The notes under the pieces were generated by a model. The model searched no databases, was not told the origin of the DNA, and saw nothing but the letters and a program-made list of their open reading frames with translations. Below are positions 12,001-23,280 of a DNA stretch of 64,000 bases, one piece after another (position 1 is the stretch's first letter; each line of letters starts with the position of its first letter). The DNA is from Penicillus capitatus (lineage: Eukaryota; Plantae; Chlorophyta): assembly GCA_965649825.1 (NCBI GenBank), contig OZ287714.1:186001-250000 (forward strand), written 5' to 3'. The position numbers were made by a program, and so were the translations under genes.

Positions 12001-15000
12001 TGTCTACACGGTCGAGGTGGAGAATCGCACGAGCGAGGAAATCCGTGTCCATCTCTCGCCAGTGGATCCATCTTCTCAGGCTTTTTATGGAACAGCATCG
12101 ACAGATGTTACTCTGTATGGAAAGACCAGTTGGCACTTCAGATTCGGCATAGATCCTGGTGTCACTGGGCAGATCGCAGAATCGTGGAAGATAACATCTT
12201 CCGATGGAAGACTGGATGCCAGATTCAAGATGATCATCGAAGTCCAGAGACTTGCCGTGCAGCTCAGCACAGACGCCATCGATCTCGGCACTGTCATCAC
12301 CAACTCTCAAGACATCGAACAGACACTGCACATCAAGAATGTGACAGACTTTCCTCTCTTGGTCAAGAGTCAAGTGCAGTTCAGACGCACGCGTACTCAG
12401 TTCACTCTCTCTCCTCAGTCCTTCCATCTGGACGCACGCAGTTCTCAGTCCCTGACAGTGACGATGCATCCTGGTGACATGGATGAGGATGTCGACAGCA
12501 AGATGGTCCTCGGCATCGTCGGCAATATGAGATACATTCCGATGACAGCCCAAGTTACGCGACCGCTGTACGAGTTGGAGACTGACACAGGAAACAAGAT
12601 TGAAAGGATGGTGTTCCGTATGCCGGTGGTCCCACCTTGGAAGAAAACAAAGGCTGTCATTCGAATTCGGAACACAGGAACAGTTCCTGTTATCTATCGT
12701 TTTATTCCGGCATCGTCTCTTCTCAAGATTCGTGGAACTTCTGGTATTGTCCATGTTCGTGAGACATCTTCCGATATCTCGCTTTCAATGAGGCGCCCTT
12801 TTGCAAATCGATTGCGGCAGGAACTCAGAATTCGAATCGTCGGATGCCTCGAAGAAAGACTCGTGATCGAAGGAGAGTGGATGGAACCGATACCGAATTT
12901 CCTGAAACATAATGTCAACTTCGAAGTCCGGCAAGAGCATGTGGATATCATTGCACAGGGAAGCAGATCCATCACACTCGAGGAAACGAATACGGTTGAA
13001 AACAAAGCTGGTGTCCATGTCAACATCTACCCTCCTATCAGCAGGAATTTCGAGTTTGATCAAGATTGCTACTCGCTCGATCCGAACAGTAAAGTGAAAA
13101 TCGTCATGTATTGGAAAGTGCAGACCCTGAAGGTGAAGCAGTCCACCGTTGTCTTCTGCACTGAAAATCAGAAGAAGATAAAATTCACTGTGTGTTTGGT
13201 CATGCCCAAGTTCAACACAGTGATCTGCCATCCTCGCAGTCTCTTCTTCAATCCTCTCAATGTCAGCCAAAAAGAGACGAGAAAACTGGACATATTCACT
13301 AAGAAGCCTACTCTGATCAAGACCCATTTGGTAGAGACGCCCCAGATTCAGTCCTTGTCGCTGAAGTCGAAGATGGCCGTGGGAGGAACAGGTTCCAGCA
13401 AAAAGGGACCTTGGATATTCGGCTCAAATGACATGCCACAAGAGTTTCATCCCAATTGGAACTGTGTGGTCACGCAGATTGAACTGCAGACTGGCACGTC
13501 AACCGGATGGATCGTAGAGACGTTGCAGATTCAATCGGAAGATGACTTCTTGATCAAAGATGATCTGTCACTGTGCCTGCCGCTGACACACAATGTGGTT
13601 CTCCTGGCGTATGTTGGACACGCTTCCTCCGCTGCTCGGCAGATGATGAACTTATGTGCAGAATCCAGTGAAATCAGCAGCTCTCCGAGAAGTGGCGGGA
13701 AGAACTGCCTGCCAAATCTTCATCTTCTCTGTGCGCTTCAGCTGCACCTTGCATCCACTGTCCAAGCGTTCTGTTTTCTGCTGCTCAGCGAAATGTTCAT
13801 GCTGAAATCTGACTGGCCGTTATCCGATGAGCAAGCTGAACATATTCTCGAAAGCGATCCTGAAGACATCCCCAGCGAATGTGCTCAGTATGCAGGAGAT
13901 TTGTTTCGGGAATTGGATGGTATCCGTGATACTTCTCAGAACCTCAAAGAGTATTTTGAGCGTGCTTGCGTGCCTTTTCGGGATGGAAGACGGCCACGCT
14001 TTGAAAACATCTGTCTGCCTTCCATCATTCTGGATGATCTCTCCCCTGGCCTGCGAAGGATGGCTGTAGCTCTGTACATGCTGCGATCAGACTGTCGCGA
14101 AGATCAGCAATGGAAGGCCGCCATCGCATGCCTCAGCGATACCTTTACGGATGAATCAAGGGCATGTCTGTTTGAAAAGTGCGGCAGAGAAATATGGGAA
14201 AGCGGCTCCCAGAATGAACAACGGACTATGAAGAACTGCCTCGAACGAGTGAAGAGCATACTTGTACATGACGTGAATGAACGTATCGAGTTCTGTGAAA
14301 TGATGGAGGGCGTGCTGCAGTGCGGAGATGGAGTCCAGGATTCCGAATCGTTCGGTCAGCGCATTGCCCAGAGCCTCACTGAGCTGTGCCCTACGATCCC
14401 GCCAGCAGTCATCACGAATCTGATGACCATGAAGACATGGAGTACAGCGGAGATTGACCTCGTTGCCCTCAAACAGTATCTGGCGAACGCAGAGACGAAG
14501 GGCGTGATAGACGGTTTGTGCTCCAGAACCGCAGCAGGCGTTTTCGATGCATTCTGCGTCTTGGCCAAGATCAGAGGAGGTGGGACTGGAGAGGCCGTTG
14601 TCCATCATCTGCTGAGCGTGCTTCTTGGCAGAAAAAGAGATTCTGACAATCCTGTCGGTGTGGTGGGCACCCCTATGGATTCGAAGAACATCACTCAGAA
14701 GATCCTACAGAGAGGGAATCTCGAAGAGCTCGTATATCCTCTGTCGATGCTTCACACGGGGAACTACAGAACCTTGCAGCACAGAAACCGATACGTCCAA
14801 CAGATCGCAATCGAGTTGTTCTTTGGGCAGATGGATGACACTGACATTCCCAAAGAGAATCTGGGGTCACTCAAAGAAGGTGTACAGAGGATCATCAGCA
14901 GCACGCTCGACATGGACACAGCAATCTCTGAAGAATTGCATGGATTCACGGAACATCATCGTCAGGAGGCTCTGAAGCGCAGCATGTCCGAGATTGTGAA

Positions 15001-18000
15001 GCTCGATGTCGTCAGTGAGGGAAGCCATGGACTAATTGCTCCACTTAGGAGCATATTAGTTCAATGGTTCAGTCTGGAGACCACCAAGAGTTCTGACATT
15101 CGGAAAGAGATTTTGGACAAGAAGGAAGAAACTCTGAGGCAGGCGCTTATGGTTCTCAAGCCCGAGACTCTCTCAAGCAGCACCAATCCATTCGACTTGG
15201 CCTCGAGAGTTCTCCGGTGTGCTGCAGCCGTGAAGACGACAGAGATCGCGAAACCTGAGGTGGTGAACGGGTTGACACAAGCGGCAGCCGACTTCACACT
15301 AAGCAGTGTCCTGTCTCTCTGCAGAGCACTGGCTCAAGAGATCTCCGGCGTGGATGTTCTATCCGCTGTTCTGGATCTTGTGGAAGAAGAGCGAGAGAGC
15401 GAAAGCCTGAGGAGGGAAATCGTAGAAGCCGTCTTTCCAGAGGAGCACAGCGATTTGCTCCTCTGTGCCATTGATCCCTTCATCAATGGCGGCACAGAGA
15501 TCGACGACGAGACCCGCGACAAAGAGGCGTTCGATACACTCGTGTCTCTGCTGAAGCTTGCCAGAGCCAAAGAGTCTGTCAGTAAGATAGACGGAGAGAA
15601 GAGAATGATGCTTTCAGGCCTTCTCGAAATCAAGTCACTCGTGGATCAGATTGCATCTCTCGAAAAATGGAGCGACTGCAGGAAGAAGAGTGACGTCCTG
15701 AAAGAGATCTTCTTCAGCTTCTATGCATGTGTCATTCCGGATGAGCTCTCCGCCGAAGCCCGCATCTTCAGCAGGATGGCACTCCTTCATTCATTGTACC
15801 GATACTTTGCCGGCGACGTCTGGAAGCAGAAGGAAGCTCTTCACGTCACGCGGTCTGTCAAGCTCGAATTTGAGACGGCAGTTGTCCCAGATGCATCGTA
15901 TCAAGCAGCAATGAGCGATGATGAGGATGAGGGCAAGGGCGTCTCTGTGACAGAAAATGTGTCTAAGGTGCTGGATGGTGGTGGTAGTAGTAGTGAGACT
16001 GCAGTAGGAAAGTCCAGTGCTGTTCCATTGACAGTTGAAACAGACTGGAAGTGGTTCTTGCCGTCCATTGATGTCCCAACCAGTCAAATCGCCCTTTTGT
16101 CAAAAAGTGCCTCACACGATTCTGTCGAGAGAGATGGATCAACCGAGATCAAATCCAACGATCTGCCTGAGTCTTCCACGGCCGTGCCTGCAAACTCCTT
16201 CCAGAGCCTGCAGACAGTGGAGGCCGCTCTCAAAGATGTCTCGCAACGTCTCAAGATTCAGGACGTTTTGGAGGGTCTCCACGATGAAGGCAATTTCACG
16301 ATCATGACGTTCGGTGACATGACACATGCCATTGTCCATCTGAAAGAAACGACTGAGCAATGGTGCGTTCTCTTCGAAAAGGCTGTTCGCCTTTGTCGCC
16401 ATTCGAGGCAGGAAGAAGACATGATGGTCGAGAGCCGAATTGTGTGTGCAGGAATTGATATTAGTTTCCTTTTCCAGTTTCTGCGACAGTACCTTGAAGA
16501 CTTCAGCCTTTTCCAGATGCCAGATGCTATGCAGCCCGTCTACCGCAGCGTCGTGCATTGCTTGAATGCGATTCCCAGGAAAAAGCTTCCGAAGGAACTC
16601 AGAAGTCTCATGGAGGAAGCTGGAGCCACAGAGGCATTCCATGGATACACTATTGACTTCAACATGCCTCCAACGAACGTCCATCACTCGGGCACATCTT
16701 ACGGAAGACCGTCAACTTCTGATTCCGCACGAAAAGCACGAAGACCTGAGGCTACCCGTTTTGAAATTGGCATGCAAGATGGTCCAGATCCGGCCCAGGA
16801 CAAATCGAGTTTCTATGACTTCTTGAAATCGACGGCCGCGATGGATGGATCTCAGACAAAAGACAAAGTCTCTGTGGTGCTGGAGGGAACCGTGGACATC
16901 AAGATCGACTCGGATGCGAAAATCTGGACAGCCGGAACCAGAACAGGGCCAACGGAAGATGCAGTGGACGATGTCAAAGCCACAGGGGCATTTAAGCTCC
17001 CGGATCATCTGGCATGGAGTACTATAGGTGTTCTTGGACAGACCGCCTCTTCCGGCGAAAGAATCCAAAGAATTCCAAGTGTCCAGGAAGATTATTTCGA
17101 CCTCTTCACCGGGGCCGCAGATGACGACGCTGCATTGATTCGCGTAGGGGTCGATTCCAGCCGCGAAGCTGCCCGTAAACGAGTGGAACAGATGTCTCAG
17201 ATGCCATCTCTTTACCATCACGACCAAGAAATCAGCGCAGCTGCGAACCTTCATCCGGTGGAAGATCCAGTCCATCCAGAACCGACGCGCCTCGACAACT
17301 GGACCTATCAACTGCTGCTGGACAATGCCACTTTCACCAAGTGCCTGAAGACAATGATGCATGGATTGGAGAGGGGTTACACAGAGCTTTACAAAGCTGT
17401 CGCCGAAAGGCATGTGATCGAGTGGTGTCTGCTCGTTGACAATTCGGGATCCATGATCACCAAAGAACACCAAATGAAAGAAGCTCTTGTACTGGTGATG
17501 GAGATGCTCCACAGATTGGAGTTCCACTTTGCCGTGGCTCTCTTCGGCGACAGCGCCTCTCAGCGAATGCAGAAGCTCATCAGAGATCCGTTCACTGTCG
17601 ACGTCGGACAACAGATCATCGATGCTTTCACTTTCGACGAAGGAACATTCCCTGCATCAGCCGTCAGAAATGTAGCGCAGAAAGTGTGGCCATTGAGTCT
17701 CTCCCAGGAAGAAAAGAGACAGCATCACAGAGTGATGCTCATGATTGTTGATGGCTTGACTCAGGAACGGAAGAGGGAGGACTATCTGTCCGTGTGCAGA
17801 GAGAAGAACATCAGCTTGGTGGTCCTCAATATCCACGATGACCTGCAAAAGGATTTGATGAGTTCCATCAGAGCACTGTGGACGAGCGTCGGTGCGCAGT
17901 TTGCCATGCTCCATGTGGATGAAGTCGATGCACTGCCAAAAGTTCTCGTCAGTCTGATCGAACAGCAGATGGGTATCATCTACCAAAGCATCACGAATTC

Positions 18001-20031
18001 TCCCCTGCCTGCATCTGCAACGGATTCTGTCCCAGTCGTCCAAAACATTCCCGAAACCGATTTTAGAGACGTCGACTTCGATGCTATCTGCGAAGATTTT
18101 GGCAAGAACGTGTTGCCTGTGCTGCCAGAGGGGTTCACCAGGGAAGACTTCATCGAATGTGACTATCGTCCAGGCGTCATTCCCTTCGCAGAGGAGATGG
18201 GCCGACGGGTCACGAAAGAGATCGAACCGATCGACGTTGAGAAACTGGCAGACGAACTCCAAAGGCAGTACGACGCCCTGCTGACCAATTCGAATGCGAG
18301 AGAGCATCTGAAGGCGGCCGAGAAAGCCTGGATGCAGACCGAGGAGCGTCTGGGATCCGAAATCGGTCGCGTGGCCGAAGCCTTGGAGAGCTACCTTCCA
18401 CACAACGTCTTCAACCGAAAGAGAGCGGATGTGAAGGGACCGACGATTCACATTCCTGGATACATCAAGCATCTGGCGACACAAGGAAGCGAGAAGAAGA
18501 TCTTCGCGAACAAGAAGGGAGGTGGAAGGGCAGAGTACGCCGTCGCGCTCCTCCTGGACATCTCTGTCTCGATGAAGCACGGAATCAAACAAACGTGTGC
18601 TCTGGAAACACTCTTCCTGATGATTGGGGCACTCCAGCAGATGAACATCGACAACTTTTCCGTGGTTCTGTTCGCCGAACAGATTTATCCGATTAAACTG
18701 CCGGATATGGCGTGGGAAGATGCGTGCATCGCCATGCTCATGAAGATTGTAGAGCAGGCACATGAGCCTGCGACCATGGATGCCGATGCACTGCTCTTCT
18801 CCGAGGAGCTGTTGGAATCCAGCAACGTAAGAGGACCCAAGAAGATCTTTATCATGACGGACGGCTATGGAAGCTCTGGTGTGCGACTCGCCTCCGCTTT
18901 GTCCAAACTTGAAGTGTCAGGAATCGATGTTCTGGCGATGAGCGTTGGCCCCGAAGTCTCCTTTGTCAAGAACTGCTACAACAAATGGATCACAGCTGCC
19001 TTTCCTCATCTGTTGCCGAATGCCATCGAACGAATGGAGAATGCCACGCGGACGGCGGCTCATAAGCAGAATGCGAGCCTTGGGGAACCTATGGTCTGGC
19101 TGAACCTTCGCCTTCTCCCAGAAAGCACGAACGAATCCGTCCGAGACATTCTCGAGAAGCAAGAAGCAGTGTTCTCCGACTTGGCACCTATGCGTGAAGA
19201 GAGAGAAGCACGATTGATACGTGGCAACAGACCATCCAGGATGTCAGTGGACATTTGCTTCTGCATGGATTGCACTGGATCTATGGGCCCTTGGATGAAA
19301 GCCGCCGTTGACCAAATCAATGTAAGGCTCACATCTTGGCTGGCAGTCTTAATGTCTTTTGTCGGCAACGTTTAGGTGATTTGCAGTACCATCTCTGAAA
19401 AGATCCAGGAGAAGCATTCTCTCGTGGAATTGGTTTTTAATTTCGGCATGGTTGCCTACAGAGATTACGGAGATGGTGATCGGCACATATGCCCTTGTCC
19501 CTTTGCACAAGGGCCAGATAATGTGCGCCAATTTCTCTCGCAGCAGAAAGCAGGAGGAGGAGATGATCCGGCAGAGGACGTCCTTGGAGGTCTGAATGCT
19601 GCCGTAGAGTTGGAGGGATGGAGCAGCAAAGTGAGATTCTGCATTCTCATTGCCGATATCCCTGGACACGGAAAAGATCTGCACACGAGTGAAATCAAGG
19701 ACAGGTGACCATCGACACTGATCCCTGCTCCGTTTCCAAAAGTTCTGTGCATAGATTTCTAGATGGCGATCCCCGCGGACTCACTGCTGAGGATACAATG
19801 AAGAGAATGCGAGAGAACAAGATCCACTTGCTTTTCTGCAGGATCACGAAATACACTGATATGATGATTGAGAAATTCAAGGCATGCTATGATGAAGGGA
19901 AATACTGTTTGGAGTCTAGGGATTTGGTGCCGCAAGAGGGGGCCTCTTCAACATCCAAAGTCGTCACAGATCAGTTCGGAAAGATCATTGGTGACATGTG
20001 CTCGAATGTCATTGTCGTCAACTTTCTTTAG
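1..20031 (+). CDS. Giant midasin-like AAA+ ATPase with ASH/Ig array and three C-terminal VWA domains (5'-truncated; about 6,640 aa in window)
   Basis: Frame is open from base 2 (L-I-K-V-V-R), so the start lies outside the window. AAA motifs: PVLLYGETSFKT (~374), LLLEGPPGIGKT...WILLDEIN (~2150-2375), VLLQGPTCSRKT...FILFDNIN (~3190-3750), matching midasin D4/D5/D6. MIDAS motifs: DNSGS (17438), DISVS (18557, preceded by a midasin-like W..E...L.....P segment), DCTGS (19268). Introns 19322-19375 (GTAAGG..TTTAG) and 19705-19754 join three track ORFs, ending at stop 20031. Confidence 0.9.
781..1032 (+). repeat. 126-bp (42-aa) tandem duplication inside the giant ORF, acidic/Gly-Ser rich
   Basis: ggaggattcgccggccgccgag starts at 781 and again at 907; peptides EDSPAAEYQGSGDGSSSGTEWGGSDEE.. 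and EDSPAAEDQGSGDGSSSGTEWGEANDE.. Confidence 0.95.
19322..19375 (+). other. Phase-0 spliceosomal intron (54 nt) in the third VWA domain of giant gene 1
   Basis: AAT|GTAAGG...TTTAG|GTG; removal joins AAVDQIN to VICSTISEKI; an equivalent intron is present in the paralog. Confidence 0.9.
19705..19754 (+). other. Phase-2 spliceosomal intron (50 nt) in giant gene 1
   Basis: AG|GTGACC...CATAG|A restores KDRFLDGDP; the paralog has DDR|FPDGDP with an intron at the same point. Confidence 0.9.
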
Positions 20032-20338
20032 CCTTTGCACCAACAAACAAACACGATTGATTCTCATTTTTTGAAACCGATATCATTTTTGCAGTGCTTT
20101 ACGAATGGGCACACCTTGAAACATGAACGTGGAACCTTGAAGGGAAAGTCTTGCGTCCAGTTGCGTCGAGACCAAGTTCTCTTGTTTAGCCCAGTCCATG
20201 AAAACTCTTCAGATCCTCGATCGATTGCTGTATTGAGCTGAACAAGTGGTCATGTAACAAACACCACAGTGTGGGTACGACATGATGCGACGGCACGGCG
20301 TCACGTCAGCTCTTTCCTTCCGGATTCTGCTTGCGGCT

Positions 20339-22062
20339 ATGGATGATGCCAATCTTCAGCTGGCACGCACTTTGATCTCCAAGAGCTACGTCGATCAAGG
20401 CGCCCAGGCGCTCCGTGGACGCAGCAAACGCATTAAGTCTCTGCTCTCCGAGAGAAGGATTCCAAGAGAGGGCTGGGACGACTCAACAATCCAATCTCTC
20501 CTGCATGTAGATGTTAGACCTCTCACACATTCTCACTCCCATTGCACAGGATCTTTCGGCCATGGACTCTAACAACTTTCCAGGAAATGTCGGCGTCGGC
20601 GAAAGAGAAGGCAGACTCATAGCACCTCTTGTCGCACAACGGACGTTCAAGTCACTCCTGGTGCTTCGACACGTAGGATCTCTGGGAGTGGTCTTGTCGT
20701 ACAGTATGGCTCACGGAATTGGTCGCGCTGGAGATGTGACTGCTGAGCAGCCCAAGGCAGCCGGATCATCGTTGATGGCGAAGCTGACCTGTCTTTTGGC
20801 ATCGCATGCATTGGATTTGGCAGGAATGAAAGAACTCGGAACGGTCACGGTGTTGCCACTTGCCACAGGAATGGCATTGACCATGACCTTGTTAGCTGCA
20901 GCATCTCTGAGGCCCAGCAAGGTCACACCTCATCGCAAGCTGCGAAAGCAAAGGGCCGATCTTTCTCCCACAGGCACGATACGTCATCTGGCCACGCATC
21001 GACCAAAAGACCTGTCTGAAATGCATTGTCTCGGCCAATCTGATTCCTGTCGTGATCGAGAATCGTATCGAAGGGAATGATCTGCTGACGGATGTCGCCA
21101 AGATCGAAGAGCAGTTGTGGGAACTGGGTGCAGCGAATGTGGTGTGTGTTCTGTCTACCAGCAGCTGCTTTGCGCCGCGGGGGTGTGACCTCCTTATCGA
21201 CATTGCGAAGCTCTGCGCCCGCCACGACGTTCCCCATGTCATCAACAACGCCTACGGTGTCCAATCCTCTTTCATCTGTCGGTCCGTTTAGCTTCCCAGC
21301 AGCTTCCGTTTTGCAGTGTACATTGCTGACTGATTACCTAGGGAGATCACTGCGGCGGTGAGGCGCGGTCGAGTGGATGCCATCGTACAGAGCACAGACA
21401 AGAACTTTATGGTACCAGTGGGAGGGTCTATCGTCGCTGCACCGGCTCAGAGACCGGAGTTGCTGTCGTCTATCAATGCCTCTTACCCAGGCAGAGCATC
21501 CGCCTCTTCACACCTGGATCTCTTTATCACTCTTCTGCACCTGGGAACAGAGGGATGGTTGCACGTACAGTCCATAGATTTCCGCGGACCGGTCCTTAAA
21601 CAATGATACAGCTTTTGAAGGAGCGCGAAGAGATGTTTGAATATCTGAAACGCGAGATTGACGACGTCACTAAAGAAGTGGGCGAAGTATTGGTGGCCCA
21701 TCCGCGGAATCCGATCTCTTTGGCTGTGACATTGGATCACTTGGATGAGGGAGGGAATACACAATCTGTGACCTCTCTGGGTTCCCAACTCTTTACAAAG
21801 TCCTATCGTTGCGTTTCACTTGTCAAACAACGGGTCCTTTTGTCTTAGATCCGTCTCGGGGACACGTGTCGTGGCAAAAGGCACAAGAAAAGACGTGGCC
21901 GGGTTCTCATTTGGCAGCTACGGAGCGCATCACGATGCTTATCCACACCATTACTTAACAGCCGCAGCTGCTTTGGGATCAAGAAAAGAGGAAATTGATC
22001 GTTTCATTCACAAACTAAAGGCTGTGTATATTGCCGCCCGCAAAAACAAACACGCTCCATAA
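20339..22062 (+). CDS. SEPSECS: O-phosphoseryl-tRNA(Sec) selenium transferase (multi-exon)
   Basis: Motifs MDSNNF..VGVGEREGR, HGIGRAGD..AEQPKAAGSS, WPRIDQKTC, PHVINNAYGVQ, QSTDKNFMVPVGG (PLP lysine), YPGRAS, YLTAAAALG, joined across about six GT-AG introns. Confidence 0.95.
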
Positions 22063-22081
22063 CTCAAGACTGAATTGATTT

Positions 22082-23280
22082 TCATTGCGATGGCCACTGA
22101 GAACACATTTCCCAGATGTCGGACAAGTAGAGCTTAAGCTTCTCAGCCGCGGCCATCTCCTTGCGGAGAAGAGTGGCCTAGAGAGCAATGGTCTCCTGTT
22201 TTCTGAGCGCCACCTGTTCCATTCCCTTACAGCAGGACCACTCTAAACATCCAGACTGGGATTCGAAGAGAGGGGGCGGCCGGGCAGTACTGAGGGAGGG
22301 GGCGGCCGCTGCTGAGATCTCGAATGGAATTAAAGATGCACTGGATAACGTTCTCGATGTTCTGGCAATGCCGTTGGAAATCATCTGGCGGCATCAGTGC
22401 CTGTGACAGATCCGACGCCAACTCACAGAACTCTGTGGAATTCAGCATTCACCTGCACAAGATCCAGCCAGATATGCAGGTTTGCTTTTTCGATCGAGAG
22501 GCGTGCCATGCCATTCAGGAACCTGTAAAATGCGTCTTCGACAGTTGATAACTGTCCGACGGTCCACGACCACTAACCACCATAGGCTTTTGCGCAGACT
22601 TAGATGCCGATTTGAGACAGACACGGACGAGAATGGCTCCACAAAGAGAAGGCATGCATTCTAGAAGAAATGGCAGAGATGACAAGCGATCTTGCTGCAC
22701 ATGTGACGACGCGGGTCCAGGTTGCTGACCTAAAGGCGTTGCCGGGTACTGGGGAGCAACCACATTGGGAATGACAGTATCCGATTCGATATAGATTCTC
22801 GGTAAGGGGACGGAAATGCAACGAACAGGTCATGGTCCCTGCTCGATTTCAGCTCATGTATTAATTGGAGGCAGAAAGTGCGCAGAAAAGTCGACAACAG
22901 ACCGTTGAAAACCAAATCCCAAGCTGGTTCGATAAGCAGGCAAGTAACCTAAGGAACATTTATATTCCCCGTGCTGCTTCGGGGGATCAGGAAGTCTTCC
23001 AGAGCTTCAAATGGAACTTCTCCACGAGCTGCAGATAGCCGAAGGTGCTCAAGTGGCTTTGCCACAAGTTTCGCCTCGCAGCTGGCTGATTCTCTGATCT
23101 CAAGGCTTTAGGTAATTGAGCCTCTGACTTAACTGACTCGGCGTCATCCGTCACGATATAGCAATTTGTCTAGAAACTCAGCGCGCCCTCATGTCACATG
23201 AGCGCCTGTCACTCGAGCACATCTCCCATTAATACCCTTTTCTTGACAGATTGAGGCATGTGATCTGAGACGCTTGCCAT
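22082..23280 (-). CDS. Putative multi-exon hypothetical protein, no recognised family
   Basis: Reverse strand has exon-like blocks (FLNGMARLSIEKANLHIWLDLVQVNAEFHRV; NIENVIQCIFNSIRDLSSGRPLPQYCP; ATLLRKEMAAAEKLKLYLSDIWEMCSQWPSQ*) flanked by GTGAGT/GTAAGG/GTCAGC donors and YAG acceptors. Phasing is not fully resolved; boundaries are tentative. Confidence 0.35.

Noticed and set aside
1133-18763. Long minus-strand ORFs opposite giant gene 1 (e.g. 1133-2440, 4034-5410, 16712-17611, 17657-18763)
   Set aside because: Antisense shadows of a long coding frame, with no recognisable motifs.
1-20031. Calling gene 1 the canonical MDN1/Rea1
   Set aside because: It is far longer, has extra Ig and VWA domains and a degenerate D4, and a second copy lies nearby; orthology cannot be shown without a phylogeny, so no symbol was given.
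22987-22989. In-frame TGA in the unknown gene next to SepSecS as a possible selenocysteine codon
   Set aside because: A TAA follows eight codons later, no redox CxxU-type context or SECIS was seen, and the segment is probably intronic.
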